DNA of 64,000 nucleotides. Source: Candidatus Saccharimonadales bacterium. GTDB taxonomy: Bacteria; Patescibacteriota; Saccharimonadia; Saccharimonadales; DASZAF01. The notes beneath the pieces were generated by a model that was not told where the DNA came from, made no database searches, and saw nothing but the letters and a program-made list of their open reading frames with translations. Shown here in pieces: positions 9,721 through 17,925 of the stretch (positions within the stretch are counted from its first letter, which is position 1; each line of letters starts with the position of its first letter). Both the position numbers and the translations under genes were made by a program. The stretch is from the NCBI GenBank assembly GCA_035480055.1, contig DATIIB010000009.1, positions 85,068-149,067 on the forward strand, written 5' to 3'.

Positions 9721-10653
9721 TTATGGCAGCGCAAACTTTGTAGCTGCGGCGTAGCCTAATTTATATAATCGTGTCTGTTGCTCGCGCGAAAGATTAAAGT
9801 CGGTGGCTTGAATGTCGCCAGTGTCCACAAAAACGGTGTGTGCTTGGGTTTCGGGGTCGTCGATGTGCAGTTGGTCGTGGCCGCGAATACTGGTTTCAAC
9901 GAGGGCCAGGATATATTCCACCAGATTATCAGTGGGCATACGCAGGCCCGTGGCCTTTTCTTTGGCCGACAACTTGATGCCGATTGTATTCCACGGCTTG
10001 TCTTTGAGCGGGCCAAATATGTCGATTGGGTAGTTCGAAAGCATGCCGCCATCAACAAATTGATCGCCAGCAAAAGTGACTGGCCGAAAATGGAATGGCA
10101 TGGCCATCGAGGCATGCACAGCATCGGCAACGTTCTGCTCGTCGGGGTCAAGACCGAGTTTGGGGTAATCAAAAGGAAAACGGAACATTTCGGTGCGCGT
10201 AATGTCCGAGGTTACTACCACGAGTTTATAGCGCTCACTTTCTGGTATGTCTGCAGCCCAGCCGTCAGTAAGCCGCAAATCGCCAAAAGTTCGGACGCCT
10301 TTGGTTTCGAGCTGCTGGGCCAGCCAATCCCGCGCGTAATTACCTTTATAAATTCCCCTATAGAGTGCCAACGAGGCCAGCTTGCCGGGCAGACCAAAGC
10401 GAGCCAGAAGCCCTTCGTCTTGAAACTTGCGGTAGTCGAGTTCTTCGACCATGGCTTTCATTTCGTCTGGCGTAAAACCAGCGGCTGTCAGCGCACCGAC
10501 AATTGCGCCAGCGCTGGTCCCAGCCACGCGGCGGAACTCGCAACCCTTTGCGGCAAGCGCGCCAACGGCACCGACCAACGCAATGCCTTTCACGCCACCA
10601 CCTTCTAAAACAATATCGCACGTATTCTCTGTGGAAGATGTAATTTCTGACAT
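9721..10653 (-). CDS. Patatin-like phospholipase
   Basis: It has the oxyanion motif GGGVKG, the nucleophile motif GTSAGA (GxSxG) and the catalytic Asp motif FVDGGMLSNYP. Confidence 0.88.
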   Translation of the reverse strand: MSEITSSTENTCDIVLEGGGVKGIALVGAVGALAAKGCEFRRVAGTSAGAIVGALTAAGFTPDEMKAMVEELDYRKFQDEGLLARFGLPGKLASLALYRGIYKGNYARDWLAQQLETKGVRTFGDLRLTDGWAADIPESERYKLVVVTSDITRTEMFRFPFDYPKLGLDPDEQNVADAVHASMAMPFHFRPVTFAGDQFVDGGMLSNYPIDIFGPLKDKPWNTIGIKLSAKEKATGLRMPTDNLVEYILALVETSIRGHDQLHIDDPETQAHTVFVDTGDIQATDFNLSREQQTRLYKLGYAAATKFALP

Positions 10654-10703
10654 AACACCATAATATCAGCAAATTGCTTGTGCTCGCTAAAGTGCTCACC
10701 TGA

Positions 10704-10812
10704 TGCTACAATAAGCCTCAATGCAACAGTTTGTTTGTAGCCATCATAGTCATAGTTTGCCGGAGGCACGCGGTTAGTTTGCAATGCAAACGCCGGTTAC
10801 TCCGGCGTTTTT
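10704..10812 (+). promoter_or_regulatory. Candidate hisS leader/attenuator: an extended -10, a leaderless 18-codon ORF with 3 His codons, and an intrinsic terminator
   Basis: TGcTACAAT sits at 10704-10712. The ORF at 10721-10777 encodes MQQFVCSHHSHSLPEARG. A small hairpin GTTTGC-aat-GCAAAC (10777-10791) overlaps the 5' arm of a perfect 9-bp terminator stem, AAACGCCGG-ttact-CCGGCGTTT (10788-10810), which is followed by TT. Confidence 0.45.
10721..10777 (+). CDS. Putative leader peptide (18 aa, MQQFVCSHHSHSLPEARG)
   Basis: The ATG lies 8 nt after the -10 box. His codons sit at positions 8, 9 and 11. The TAG stop abuts the hairpin region. The call is speculative. Confidence 0.3.
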   Translation: MQQFVCSHHSHSLPEARG

Positions 10813-10822
10813 GATAAAATAT

Positions 10823-10831
10823 TGGTACAAT
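10823..10831 (+). promoter_or_regulatory. Second extended -10-like element TGgTACAAT, 11 nt upstream of the hisS ATG
   Basis: The sequence is TGGTACAAT, then aggaaacgatt, then ATG. This could be a constitutive proximal promoter downstream of the terminator hairpin. Confidence 0.3.
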
Positions 10832-10842
10832 AGGAAACGATT

Positions 10843-12147
10843 ATGGCTTTATCAACACAACCTTACAAAGGCGCCAGGGATCTGTATCCCGAAGAAAAGC
10901 GCGTTCAAAACTACATCTTTGATATCTGGAAAAAAGTCGCCGAAGGCTACGGCTACGAAAACTACGATGCTCCAATGCTCGAACCGTACGAGCTATACGC
11001 CGCTAAGTCCGGCCAAGAAATTGTCAGCGAACAAACCTATACCTTTACCGATCGTGGTGGTCGCACGGTGTGCATTCGGCCAGAAATGACCCCGAGTGTT
11101 AGCCGTATGGTAGCTGGTCGCCGCCAGGAACTTGCGTATCCAGCTCGCTGGTATTCCATTCCAAACTTATGGCGCTACGAGCGGCCGCAGCGTGGACGTT
11201 TGCGTGAGCACTGGCAGCTTAATGTCGACCTGTTTGGCGTGGACACGATTGATGGCGACCTCGAGCTGATCATGGTGGCCAACGACATCATGAAGGCTTT
11301 TGGCGCGACGGACAAAATGTACAAGATTAAGATCAACAGCCGCATGTTGGTGAACGAAATGATGAGCGGCTACTTGGGCTTGGACGTGATTCAGTCGCAA
11401 CTGATGATCAAACTGTTTGATCGCAAAGATAAGGTTAATCACGAAGAATTTAGCCAGCAAGCGGCTTCAATTTTTGACGATAATCAACGAAGTGATGGGC
11501 TGCGCAAAATTGCTCGCTTGCTCGGTGCCAGCACCATGGCAGAGCTACCAGATGAGCTGCGCGAGACTCACGCGATGCAGGAAGTCCAAGCGCTCTTTAG
11601 CTTGTTGCACGAGCATGGTGTTGCCAACGCGACATTTGATATTACTCTGATGCGTGGGTTTGATTATTACACCGACATTGTGTTTGAGGTCTTTGACACC
11701 AATCCCGAAAACAGTCGTTCGCTATTTGGCGGCGGTCGTTATGACGGACTGGTCGGCTTATTCGGCGTTGAGCCGGTACCGACCGTAGGGTTTGGCATGG
11801 GTGATGTCACGATTCGCGACTTTCTGGATGTGCACGGCCTTTTGCCGCAATTAGACCCAGCGGCTGAGATCTACTTAATTGTCCTGGGCGATGTCATGAA
11901 GCAAGCTCAAAAAGTGGCACGCGACCTCCGTGAAGAAGGTGTGAAGGTGGCGGTGGATATTACGCAGCGCAAGCTGGATAAACAACTTAAAACTGCCATT
12001 AAGCAGGGCATTCCGCACATTTTGTTCATTGGCAAAGAAGAACTGAGCGAAGAAATGTTCACCCTTAAAGACACCCGGACCGAAAAAGAAGAAAAACTCT
12101 CGCTAGAGCGCATAATAACCACCGTAAAGGACGTTCGAGAGGTCTGA
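10843..12147 (+). CDS. hisS: Histidyl-tRNA synthetase
   Basis: It has KGARDLYPEE, class II motifs including RYERPQRGRLREHWQLNVDLFG, GGGRYDGL and a C-terminal anticodon-binding domain. Confidence 0.9.
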   Translation: MALSTQPYKGARDLYPEEKRVQNYIFDIWKKVAEGYGYENYDAPMLEPYELYAAKSGQEIVSEQTYTFTDRGGRTVCIRPEMTPSVSRMVAGRRQELAYPARWYSIPNLWRYERPQRGRLREHWQLNVDLFGVDTIDGDLELIMVANDIMKAFGATDKMYKIKINSRMLVNEMMSGYLGLDVIQSQLMIKLFDRKDKVNHEEFSQQAASIFDDNQRSDGLRKIARLLGASTMAELPDELRETHAMQEVQALFSLLHEHGVANATFDITLMRGFDYYTDIVFEVFDTNPENSRSLFGGGRYDGLVGLFGVEPVPTVGFGMGDVTIRDFLDVHGLLPQLDPAAEIYLIVLGDVMKQAQKVARDLREEGVKVAVDITQRKLDKQLKTAIKQGIPHILFIGKEELSEEMFTLKDTRTEKEEKLSLERIITTVKDVREV

Positions 12148-12172
12148 TCTGTTAATAGTTTTCAAAAGAAGG

Positions 12173-12178
12173 TATACT
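12173..12178 (+). promoter_or_regulatory. -10 box TATACT, 8 nt upstream of the tig ATG
   Basis: The sequence is TATACT, then accaagtt, then ATG. There is no correctly spaced SD, which suggests a leaderless architecture. Confidence 0.3.
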
Positions 12179-12186
12179 ACCAAGTT

Positions 12187-13473
12187 ATGAAACATATTCT
12201 TACCAAACCGTCTGCAACTCACGCAGAGCTCACTATCACTTTGGATGCAAAAGATTTAGCGCCTATTAAAAAAGCTGCTTTGGCAAAACTGGCCAAGCAC
12301 GTGAAGGTTGCGGGCTTTCGTCCGGGCAAAATCCCGGCGAATGTGGCTGAAAAGCACATCGATCCCAACACTTTGCAACAGGAAATCCTGGAGATTGCAG
12401 TTAATCAGTACTACATCGAAGCCATGCTGGAAGCAAAGCTGCAGCCGCTTGATCGTCCAGAGATTGCAGTTACCAAATTAGTCCCTGACGAGACTGCAGA
12501 ATTTACCGCCAAAGTCGAAGTTGTGCCAGAAATTAAATTGGCCGACTACACCAAGATCAAAAAGACGCCAGCCAAGGTAAGTATCAAAGCTACTGAAGTC
12601 ACCGAAGTACTTGACCGCTTGCAGCGCCAAATGGCTGAGAAAAAAGAGGTTGATCGTGCCGCCAAAGATGGCGACGAAGTCCTGATTGATTTTGCCGGCA
12701 AAGATGCTGATGGCAAAGAAGTCCCTGGCGCAACTGGTACAAACTATCCGCTGAGCTTGGGTTCCAAGACCTTCATTGATGGTTTTGAAGAAAATCTGAT
12801 CGGCTTAAAGCCTAGTGACAAAAAGGAATTTACGCTGACGTTCCCCAAAGACTACGCGCATAAGCCACTGGCTAACAAAAAGGTGACCTTTGCGGTTACC
12901 CTCAAGAAAGTCAACGAGCTTGTCCTGCCTACACTTGACGATGACTTTGCCAAAAAGGCTGGCCCATTCGAAACTTTGGATGATCTAAAGAAGGACGTTA
13001 AAGCCGAACTGATTCGCCAGCAGGAATCCACTGCACGCAACGAACTCAAGAATGATGTTATCGAAGAGATCATTGCAAAGAGCACTGTGCCAATGCCAGA
13101 GTCGTTGGTAAAAGACCAAACGCAAATGGTTCGCCAAGATGTGTTGCAAAACCTTGCGTACCGCGGCATGACGCTTGATGAGTATCTTAAGGCTGAAGCG
13201 ACGACCGAAGAAGAATGGCTCAAAAAAGAGGTCACGCCTGCAGCTGAAAAGCGAGTGGCCACTGGTTTGATTCTGTCTGAGATTGCCAAAAAAGAGGGCA
13301 TTGAGGTAGACACTGCCGAAGTGCATGCCCGACTGGATGAACTGAAGCGTCAATACCAAGAGCCAAAGATGCGTGCCCAGCTCGATACGACTGAAGCGCG
13401 TCGTGACATCGAAAGCCGCTTGGCAACCGAGAAAACCATCGACCGCATTCTTGAAATCGCCTCTTCGAAATAA
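12187..13473 (+). CDS. tig: Trigger factor
   Basis: It has the ribosome-binding signature GFRPGKIP, a central FKBP-like PPIase region and a C-terminal helical arm. It sits immediately upstream of clpP, as in many bacteria. Confidence 0.9.
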   Translation: MKHILTKPSATHAELTITLDAKDLAPIKKAALAKLAKHVKVAGFRPGKIPANVAEKHIDPNTLQQEILEIAVNQYYIEAMLEAKLQPLDRPEIAVTKLVPDETAEFTAKVEVVPEIKLADYTKIKKTPAKVSIKATEVTEVLDRLQRQMAEKKEVDRAAKDGDEVLIDFAGKDADGKEVPGATGTNYPLSLGSKTFIDGFEENLIGLKPSDKKEFTLTFPKDYAHKPLANKKVTFAVTLKKVNELVLPTLDDDFAKKAGPFETLDDLKKDVKAELIRQQESTARNELKNDVIEEIIAKSTVPMPESLVKDQTQMVRQDVLQNLAYRGMTLDEYLKAEATTEEEWLKKEVTPAAEKRVATGLILSEIAKKEGIEVDTAEVHARLDELKRQYQEPKMRAQLDTTEARRDIESRLATEKTIDRILEIASSK

Positions 13474-13478
13474 CCCAT

Positions 13479-13505
13479 TTAGCACTCTTGACGGTTGAGT
13501 GCTAA
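13479..13505 (+). promoter_or_regulatory. Perfect CIRCE element (HrcA operator) TTAGCACTC-N9-GAGTGCTAA
   Basis: The sequence matches the CIRCE consensus inverted repeat exactly, with a 9-nt spacer (TTGACGGTT). The spacer itself carries the candidate -35 box of the clpP promoter. Confidence 0.8.
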
Positions 13506-13517
13506 TGGCGCTACTAT
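13488..13517 (+). promoter_or_regulatory. clpP promoter TTGACG-18-TACTAT
   Basis: The -35 TTGACG (13488-13493) lies inside the CIRCE loop. The -10 TACTAT (13512-13517) ends 6 nt before the clpP ATG and there is no SD. Confidence 0.5.
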
Positions 13518-13523
13518 AGAGCT

Positions 13524-14132
13524 ATGCAAAGCTCAATTCTTGTTCCAACAGTCATCGAAAAAACGCACATGGGCGAACGCGCGTACGACATTTACTCGCG
13601 CTTGCTCAAGGAGCGCATTATCTTTCTGGGTTCAGAGGTGGAATCTACTTCTGCCAACTTAATTGTGGCTCAACTTTTATTCTTGCAAAGCGAAGACGCC
13701 AAGAAAGACATCTACTTTTATATCAACAGCCCGGGCGGCAGTGTCTACGATGGCATGGCGATTTACGACACCATGAATTACATCAAACCTGACGTGCAAA
13801 CAATCTGTGTTGGTTTGGCTGCCAGCATGGGTGCCTTTTTGCTCAGCTCTGGCGCAAAGGGCAAACGTTTTGCCTTGCCGCACAGCCGCATTATGATTCA
13901 CCAACCCTCAAGCGGTACTCAAGGAAAAGTCTCCGACCAAGAGATCACCCTGCGTGAAGCGATCCGCACCAAAGAGATGCTGGAAAAAATCACTGCCGAG
14001 AACACTGGCCAAAAGCTTGCGAAAGTTCATAACGATATGGACCGCGATTACTATATGACCGCAGGCGAAGCCAAAGAATATGGTGTGATCGACAACGTGA
14101 TCGGCAGTTTGCCAAAACCTTCCCTCGCCTAA
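13524..14132 (+). CDS. clpP: ATP-dependent Clp protease proteolytic subunit ClpP
   Basis: It has [30 protein letters not shown], the catalytic Ser context [11 protein letters not shown] and the His context RIMIHQP. Confidence 0.93.
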   Translation: MQSSILVPTVIEKTHMGERAYDIYSRLLKERIIFLGSEVESTSANLIVAQLLFLQSEDAKKDIYFYINSPGGSVYDGMAIYDTMNYIKPDVQTICVGLAASMGAFLLSSGAKGKRFALPHSRIMIHQPSSGTQGKVSDQEITLREAIRTKEMLEKITAENTGQKLAKVHNDMDRDYYMTAGEAKEYGVIDNVIGSLPKPSLA

Positions 14133-14138
14133 AATTCC

Positions 14139-14167
14139 TTGACATACCTGTTACTTTCCGGCACAAT
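14139..14167 (+). promoter_or_regulatory. Candidate rpoBC promoter TTGACA-17-CACAAT, with a ~170-nt leader
   Basis: A consensus -35 and a 17-nt spacer are present, but the -10 is weak. The leader contains short hairpins (CCGCA..TGCGG and CTCGCT..AGCGAG). Confidence 0.35.
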
Positions 14168-14339
14168 TACTATCAAGAAGTAGTGTAAGTTGGGTTAGTA
14201 CCGCACCATATGCGGAGCAACGCAGAACTTAGTGTGACTTCGGCGCCAAAATCACATTACAAAAACAAAATATTTTATGTCTCGCTGCAGGTAAGTAGCG
14301 AGCGTTCTATCTATCACTCATAAAGTCCGCGGGAGGAAT

Positions 14340-17300
14340 ATGGCTAGAAGCGTTGCCACCAAGCGCAAATCGTTTACTAAAGTAGACGAGCAGATTGCGC
14401 TGCCTAATTTAATTGAGCACCAGCTCAAATCATTTCAATGGTTTGTCCAGGAGGGTCTGGGTGAAATCTTTGCTGAAGTAAATCCAGTAGAAGATTACAC
14501 TGGCACCAAATTGGAACTCCGTTTTAAGGACTATCGTTTTGGCGACCCCAAGATGAGCGAGCGAGATGCCCGCGAAAACAACACCAACTTTGAAGCACCG
14601 CTGCACGCAACCGTCGAACTCACCAACAAGGTGACGGGCGAAGTCAAAGAGCAAGAGATCTACCTGGGCGACTACCCATGGATGACCGACCGCGGTACTT
14701 TTGTGATCAACGGCGCCGAGCGTGTCGTTGTCTCGCAGCTGATCCGCAGCCCTGGCGTCTTCTTTACTGCCGATTCCAGCAGTGGCCGCAACCATTATGG
14801 TGCCAAGCTGATTCCTGGCCGTGGTGCCTGGCTCGAATTTGAAACCGCTGCCAACGGCGCAATTTACGTTAAGATCGACCGCCGTCGCAAGATTCCGGTC
14901 AGCACTTTGCTGCGTGCACTTGGCTACCCAACCAACAGCAGCATCAAAGAATTGTTTGCTCACGTTGACACTAGCGACACGCATTACATCGATGCCACCT
15001 TTGACAAAGACCCTTCCCGCGGTCAGAACGAAGCCTTGATTGAAGTGTACCGTCGTTTGCGTCCTGGTGACCTCGCCACTGTAGATAACGCGCGAAGCTT
15101 GATCGAAAACATGTTCTTCAACTTTAAGCGCTACGATGTCAGTCGCGTTGGTCGGTACAAGATCAACCAGCGTCTCGACCTTGATGTTGCAAACACGACC
15201 GAAAACCGTGTGATGCGCCTTGACGACCTCGTGGCTATTATTGCTGAAGTAATTCGCCTCAACAACACTCAAGAAAAACCAGATGACATCGACGCGCTGC
15301 ATAACCGGCGCGTAAAACTTGTCGGTGAATTGGTGCAACGCCAGTTCCGCATTGGTATGCTGCGCATGGAGCGCAATGCCAAAGACCGCATGAGCATGAG
15401 CGACATCGAAACGGTTACCCCTGGACAACTCATCAACGCTCGCCCAGTGGTGGCTGCAGTACGCGAGTTTTTTGCAAGCTCACAGCTGAGTCAATTCATG
15501 GATCAGACCAACCCTCTTTCTGAGCTCAGCCACAAGCGTCGCCTTAGCTCAATGGGCCCTGGAGGCTTGAGTCGCGAACGTGCTGGCTTTGAGGTTCGTG
15601 ACGCTCACGCAACACACTATGGTCGCATCTGTACCGTAGAAACTCCTGAAGGACCGAACATTGGATTGGTACTGAACTTGGCGAGCTATGCACGGATTAA
15701 CGAATACGGCTTTTTGGAAGCTCCTTATCGCAAGGTAATCAACGCTGTTACTGCCAAAGAAGCTGAAGGTCACATCCTTCGCGCTGACGTCAAAGACGAC
15801 AAAGACAAAGTTGTTGCCAAAGCTGGTGACAAGATTACCAAAGAAATTGCTGCCAAGCTGGCCAAACTGGACCACGCAACCTTCCCTGTAAAGGCTCAGC
15901 TGACCGACAAAGTCGTTTACCTGGACGCTGCCCAAGAAGCTGGCTCAGTAATTGCCGGTGCTGGTAACGATATTGATGAAGACGGTTACTTTACGGAAAG
16001 CCGCATCATGGCGCGCACCAGCCTGGTCCCAGGTGAGGTAGACGCGAACGAAGCGACCTACATGGACGCCTCGCTGCAAGAAATCCTTGGTTCGACCGCA
16101 GCGCTGATTCCATTTATTGAGAAAAACCGTGTTGACCGCAGTTTGACCGGTTCGAACATGCAACGGCAAGCTGTCCCACTGCTGCGTCCAGAATCGGCTA
16201 CCGTTGGTACCGGTTTGGAAGGCCACGTGGCTCGCAACACCGGTCAGATGGTGATTGCTGAAGAAGACGGTGAAGTCGTGAAGGCAAACGGCGATGAAGT
16301 ACAAGTAAAGTACAAGACCGAAACCAAGACCTATCAGCCACAACACTTTGTGCGCAGTAACGAAGGCTCATGCATTAACCAAAAAGTAGTCGTGGTTCGT
16401 GGCGACAAGGTTAAGAAGGGCGACGTATTGATTGAAGGTATGTCGATTGCTGATGGCGAAATCGCTCTTGGTAAGAACCTGCTGGTTGCCTTTATGCCTT
16501 GGGGTGGTTACAACATGGACGACGCCATTATTTTGAGCGATCGTCTGGTGAAAGAAGACGCCTTGACCTCAATCCACATTGTGGACTTTATGGTTGAGGT
16601 GCGTGAAACCAAGTTAGGCCCAGAAATTGTGACTCGTGACATTCCAAACGTCAGCGAAGAAGCTTTGCGTCACCTCGACGACAACGGTATTGTCCGCATT
16701 GGCGCTGAAGTGCACGCTGGCGACATCCTGGTTGGTAAGATTACACCAAAGGGTGAGCAAGAGCTGAGCTCAGAAGAGCGTTTGCTCCGCGCAATCTTTG
16801 GTGAAAAAGCCAAGGACGTCCGCGACACCAGCCAACGCATGCCAAATGGCAAGCACGGTAAGGTTGTTGGCGTAAAAGTCTTTAGCCGCGAAGCTGGCCA
16901 CGAACTCAAAGCTGGTGTGCTCATGCAGATCCAGGTCTTTGTGGCGCAAATGCGCAAAATCGCTGTTGGTGACAAGCTGGCTGGACGTCACGGTAACAAG
17001 GGTGTAGTGGCTCGGATTCTTCCTGAAGGCGACATGCCATTCATGGAAGATGGAACTCCAGTCGATGTAATTCTTAACCCACTCGGTGTGCCAAGTCGTA
17101 TGAACCTTGGGCAGCTATTTGAAACCCACTTGGGTATGGCCGCGCGAGCACTTGGCTACAAAGTGATTACCTCACCATTCAACGGTGTGCCAACTGAAGA
17201 AATCGAGAAACAACTTGAACTTGCTGGCATTGCCAAAGATGGTAAGAGCCAACTCTTTGATGGCCGCACTGGTGATTCATTCAAGGAACGCACCACTGTT

Positions 17301-17924
17301 GGTGTGATGCACATCATCAAACTGCACCACATGATTGCCGACAAGATCCACGCCCGCAGCATCGGACCATACACCATGGTGACGCAACAGCCACTCGGTG
17401 GTAAGGCACAAAACGGTGGTCAGCGCTTTGGAGAAATGGAAGTGTGGGCGCTTGAAGCATATGGCGCCGCAACCAGCCTGCAAGAAATGCTGACGATCAA
17501 GTCCGACGATGTCTTTGGACGTAGCAAAGCCTACGAGTCGATCATCAAGGGTGAACCAATCACCGGTCCAAAGGTTCCAGAAAGCTTTAACGTGCTTGTA
17601 AAAGAACTGCAAGGTCTTGGACTCCGCGTCGACTTGATTACACAGAAGAAAAAAGAAATCGATGCTGAAGAAATTCTGGAAGTAGCCGTGGCCGATCAAG
17701 CCGCCAATGCGCCAGAAGTGGTGATGGAGAAGAGCTCGATTGATGTCAGCCAAGAGGTTGCCACCAACGAGTACGAGCTTGCGCAAACTGAAGGCATCGA
17801 GATTACCGACGCTGAAGATACGACAAGTGATGACTTTGTCACCATCGATGCAACCGATGACACAGATGCGGGCGACGACAAAACCGTCCCAGACGATAAC
17901 GATAACGAAGGGGAGGAGGCCTAA
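14340..17924 (+). CDS. rpoB: DNA-directed RNA polymerase subunit beta
   Basis: It is 1194 aa with conserved blocks throughout, including GRHGNKGVV, NLGQLFETHLG and FGEMEVWALEAYGA. It carries an acidic C-terminal tail. A GGGAGGA SD is present. Confidence 0.97.
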   Translation: MARSVATKRKSFTKVDEQIALPNLIEHQLKSFQWFVQEGLGEIFAEVNPVEDYTGTKLELRFKDYRFGDPKMSERDARENNTNFEAPLHATVELTNKVTGEVKEQEIYLGDYPWMTDRGTFVINGAERVVVSQLIRSPGVFFTADSSSGRNHYGAKLIPGRGAWLEFETAANGAIYVKIDRRRKIPVSTLLRALGYPTNSSIKELFAHVDTSDTHYIDATFDKDPSRGQNEALIEVYRRLRPGDLATVDNARSLIENMFFNFKRYDVSRVGRYKINQRLDLDVANTTENRVMRLDDLVAIIAEVIRLNNTQEKPDDIDALHNRRVKLVGELVQRQFRIGMLRMERNAKDRMSMSDIETVTPGQLINARPVVAAVREFFASSQLSQFMDQTNPLSELSHKRRLSSMGPGGLSRERAGFEVRDAHATHYGRICTVETPEGPNIGLVLNLASYARINEYGFLEAPYRKVINAVTAKEAEGHILRADVKDDKDKVVAKAGDKITKEIAAKLAKLDHATFPVKAQLTDKVVYLDAAQEAGSVIAGAGNDIDEDGYFTESRIMARTSLVPGEVDANEATYMDASLQEILGSTAALIPFIEKNRVDRSLTGSNMQRQAVPLLRPESATVGTGLEGHVARNTGQMVIAEEDGEVVKANGDEVQVKYKTETKTYQPQHFVRSNEGSCINQKVVVVRGDKVKKGDVLIEGMSIADGEIALGKNLLVAFMPWGGYNMDDAIILSDRLVKEDALTSIHIVDFMVEVRETKLGPEIVTRDIPNVSEEALRHLDDNGIVRIGAEVHAGDILVGKITPKGEQELSSEERLLRAIFGEKAKDVRDTSQRMPNGKHGKVVGVKVFSREAGHELKAGVLMQIQVFVAQMRKIAVGDKLAGRHGNKGVVARILPEGDMPFMEDGTPVDVILNPLGVPSRMNLGQLFETHLGMAARALGYKVITSPFNGVPTEEIEKQLELAGIAKDGKSQLFDGRTGDSFKERTTVGVMHIIKLHHMIADKIHARSIGPYTMVTQQPLGGKAQNGGQRFGEMEVWALEAYGAATSLQEMLTIKSDDVFGRSKAYESIIKGEPITGPKVPESFNVLVKELQGLGLRVDLITQKKKEIDAEEILEVAVADQAANAPEVVMEKSSIDVSQEVATNEYELAQTEGIEITDAEDTTSDDFVTIDATDDTDAGDDKTVPDDNDNEGEEA

Positions 17925-17925
17925 C

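Noticed and set aside
10784-11089. A 101-aa ORF overlaps the hisS start region.
   Set aside because: It is out of frame with hisS, has a low-complexity translation and lacks start signals. The region is explained by the hisS leader and coding sequence.
14430-15428. A 332-aa ORF lies antisense to rpoB. Similar long antisense ORFs occur at 17277-18044, 9778-10608, 24816-25391, 51627-52523 and 62721-63515.
   Set aside because: Each lies entirely inside a strongly conserved gene on the opposite strand (rpoB, rpoC, patatin, rpsG, rplC, rpsK/rpsD). None has recognisable motifs or start signals. They are typical shadow ORFs.
17740-17925. The rpoC ORF extends upstream to 17740. Similar extensions occur at 7443 (hypothetical gene), 8336 (rsmD), 41219 (small secreted protein) and 59885 (rplO).
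   Set aside because: The extensions overlap the 3' ends of the preceding conserved genes. In each case an internal ATG gives the conserved N-terminus, and in most cases a good SD or a stop/start overlap supports it.
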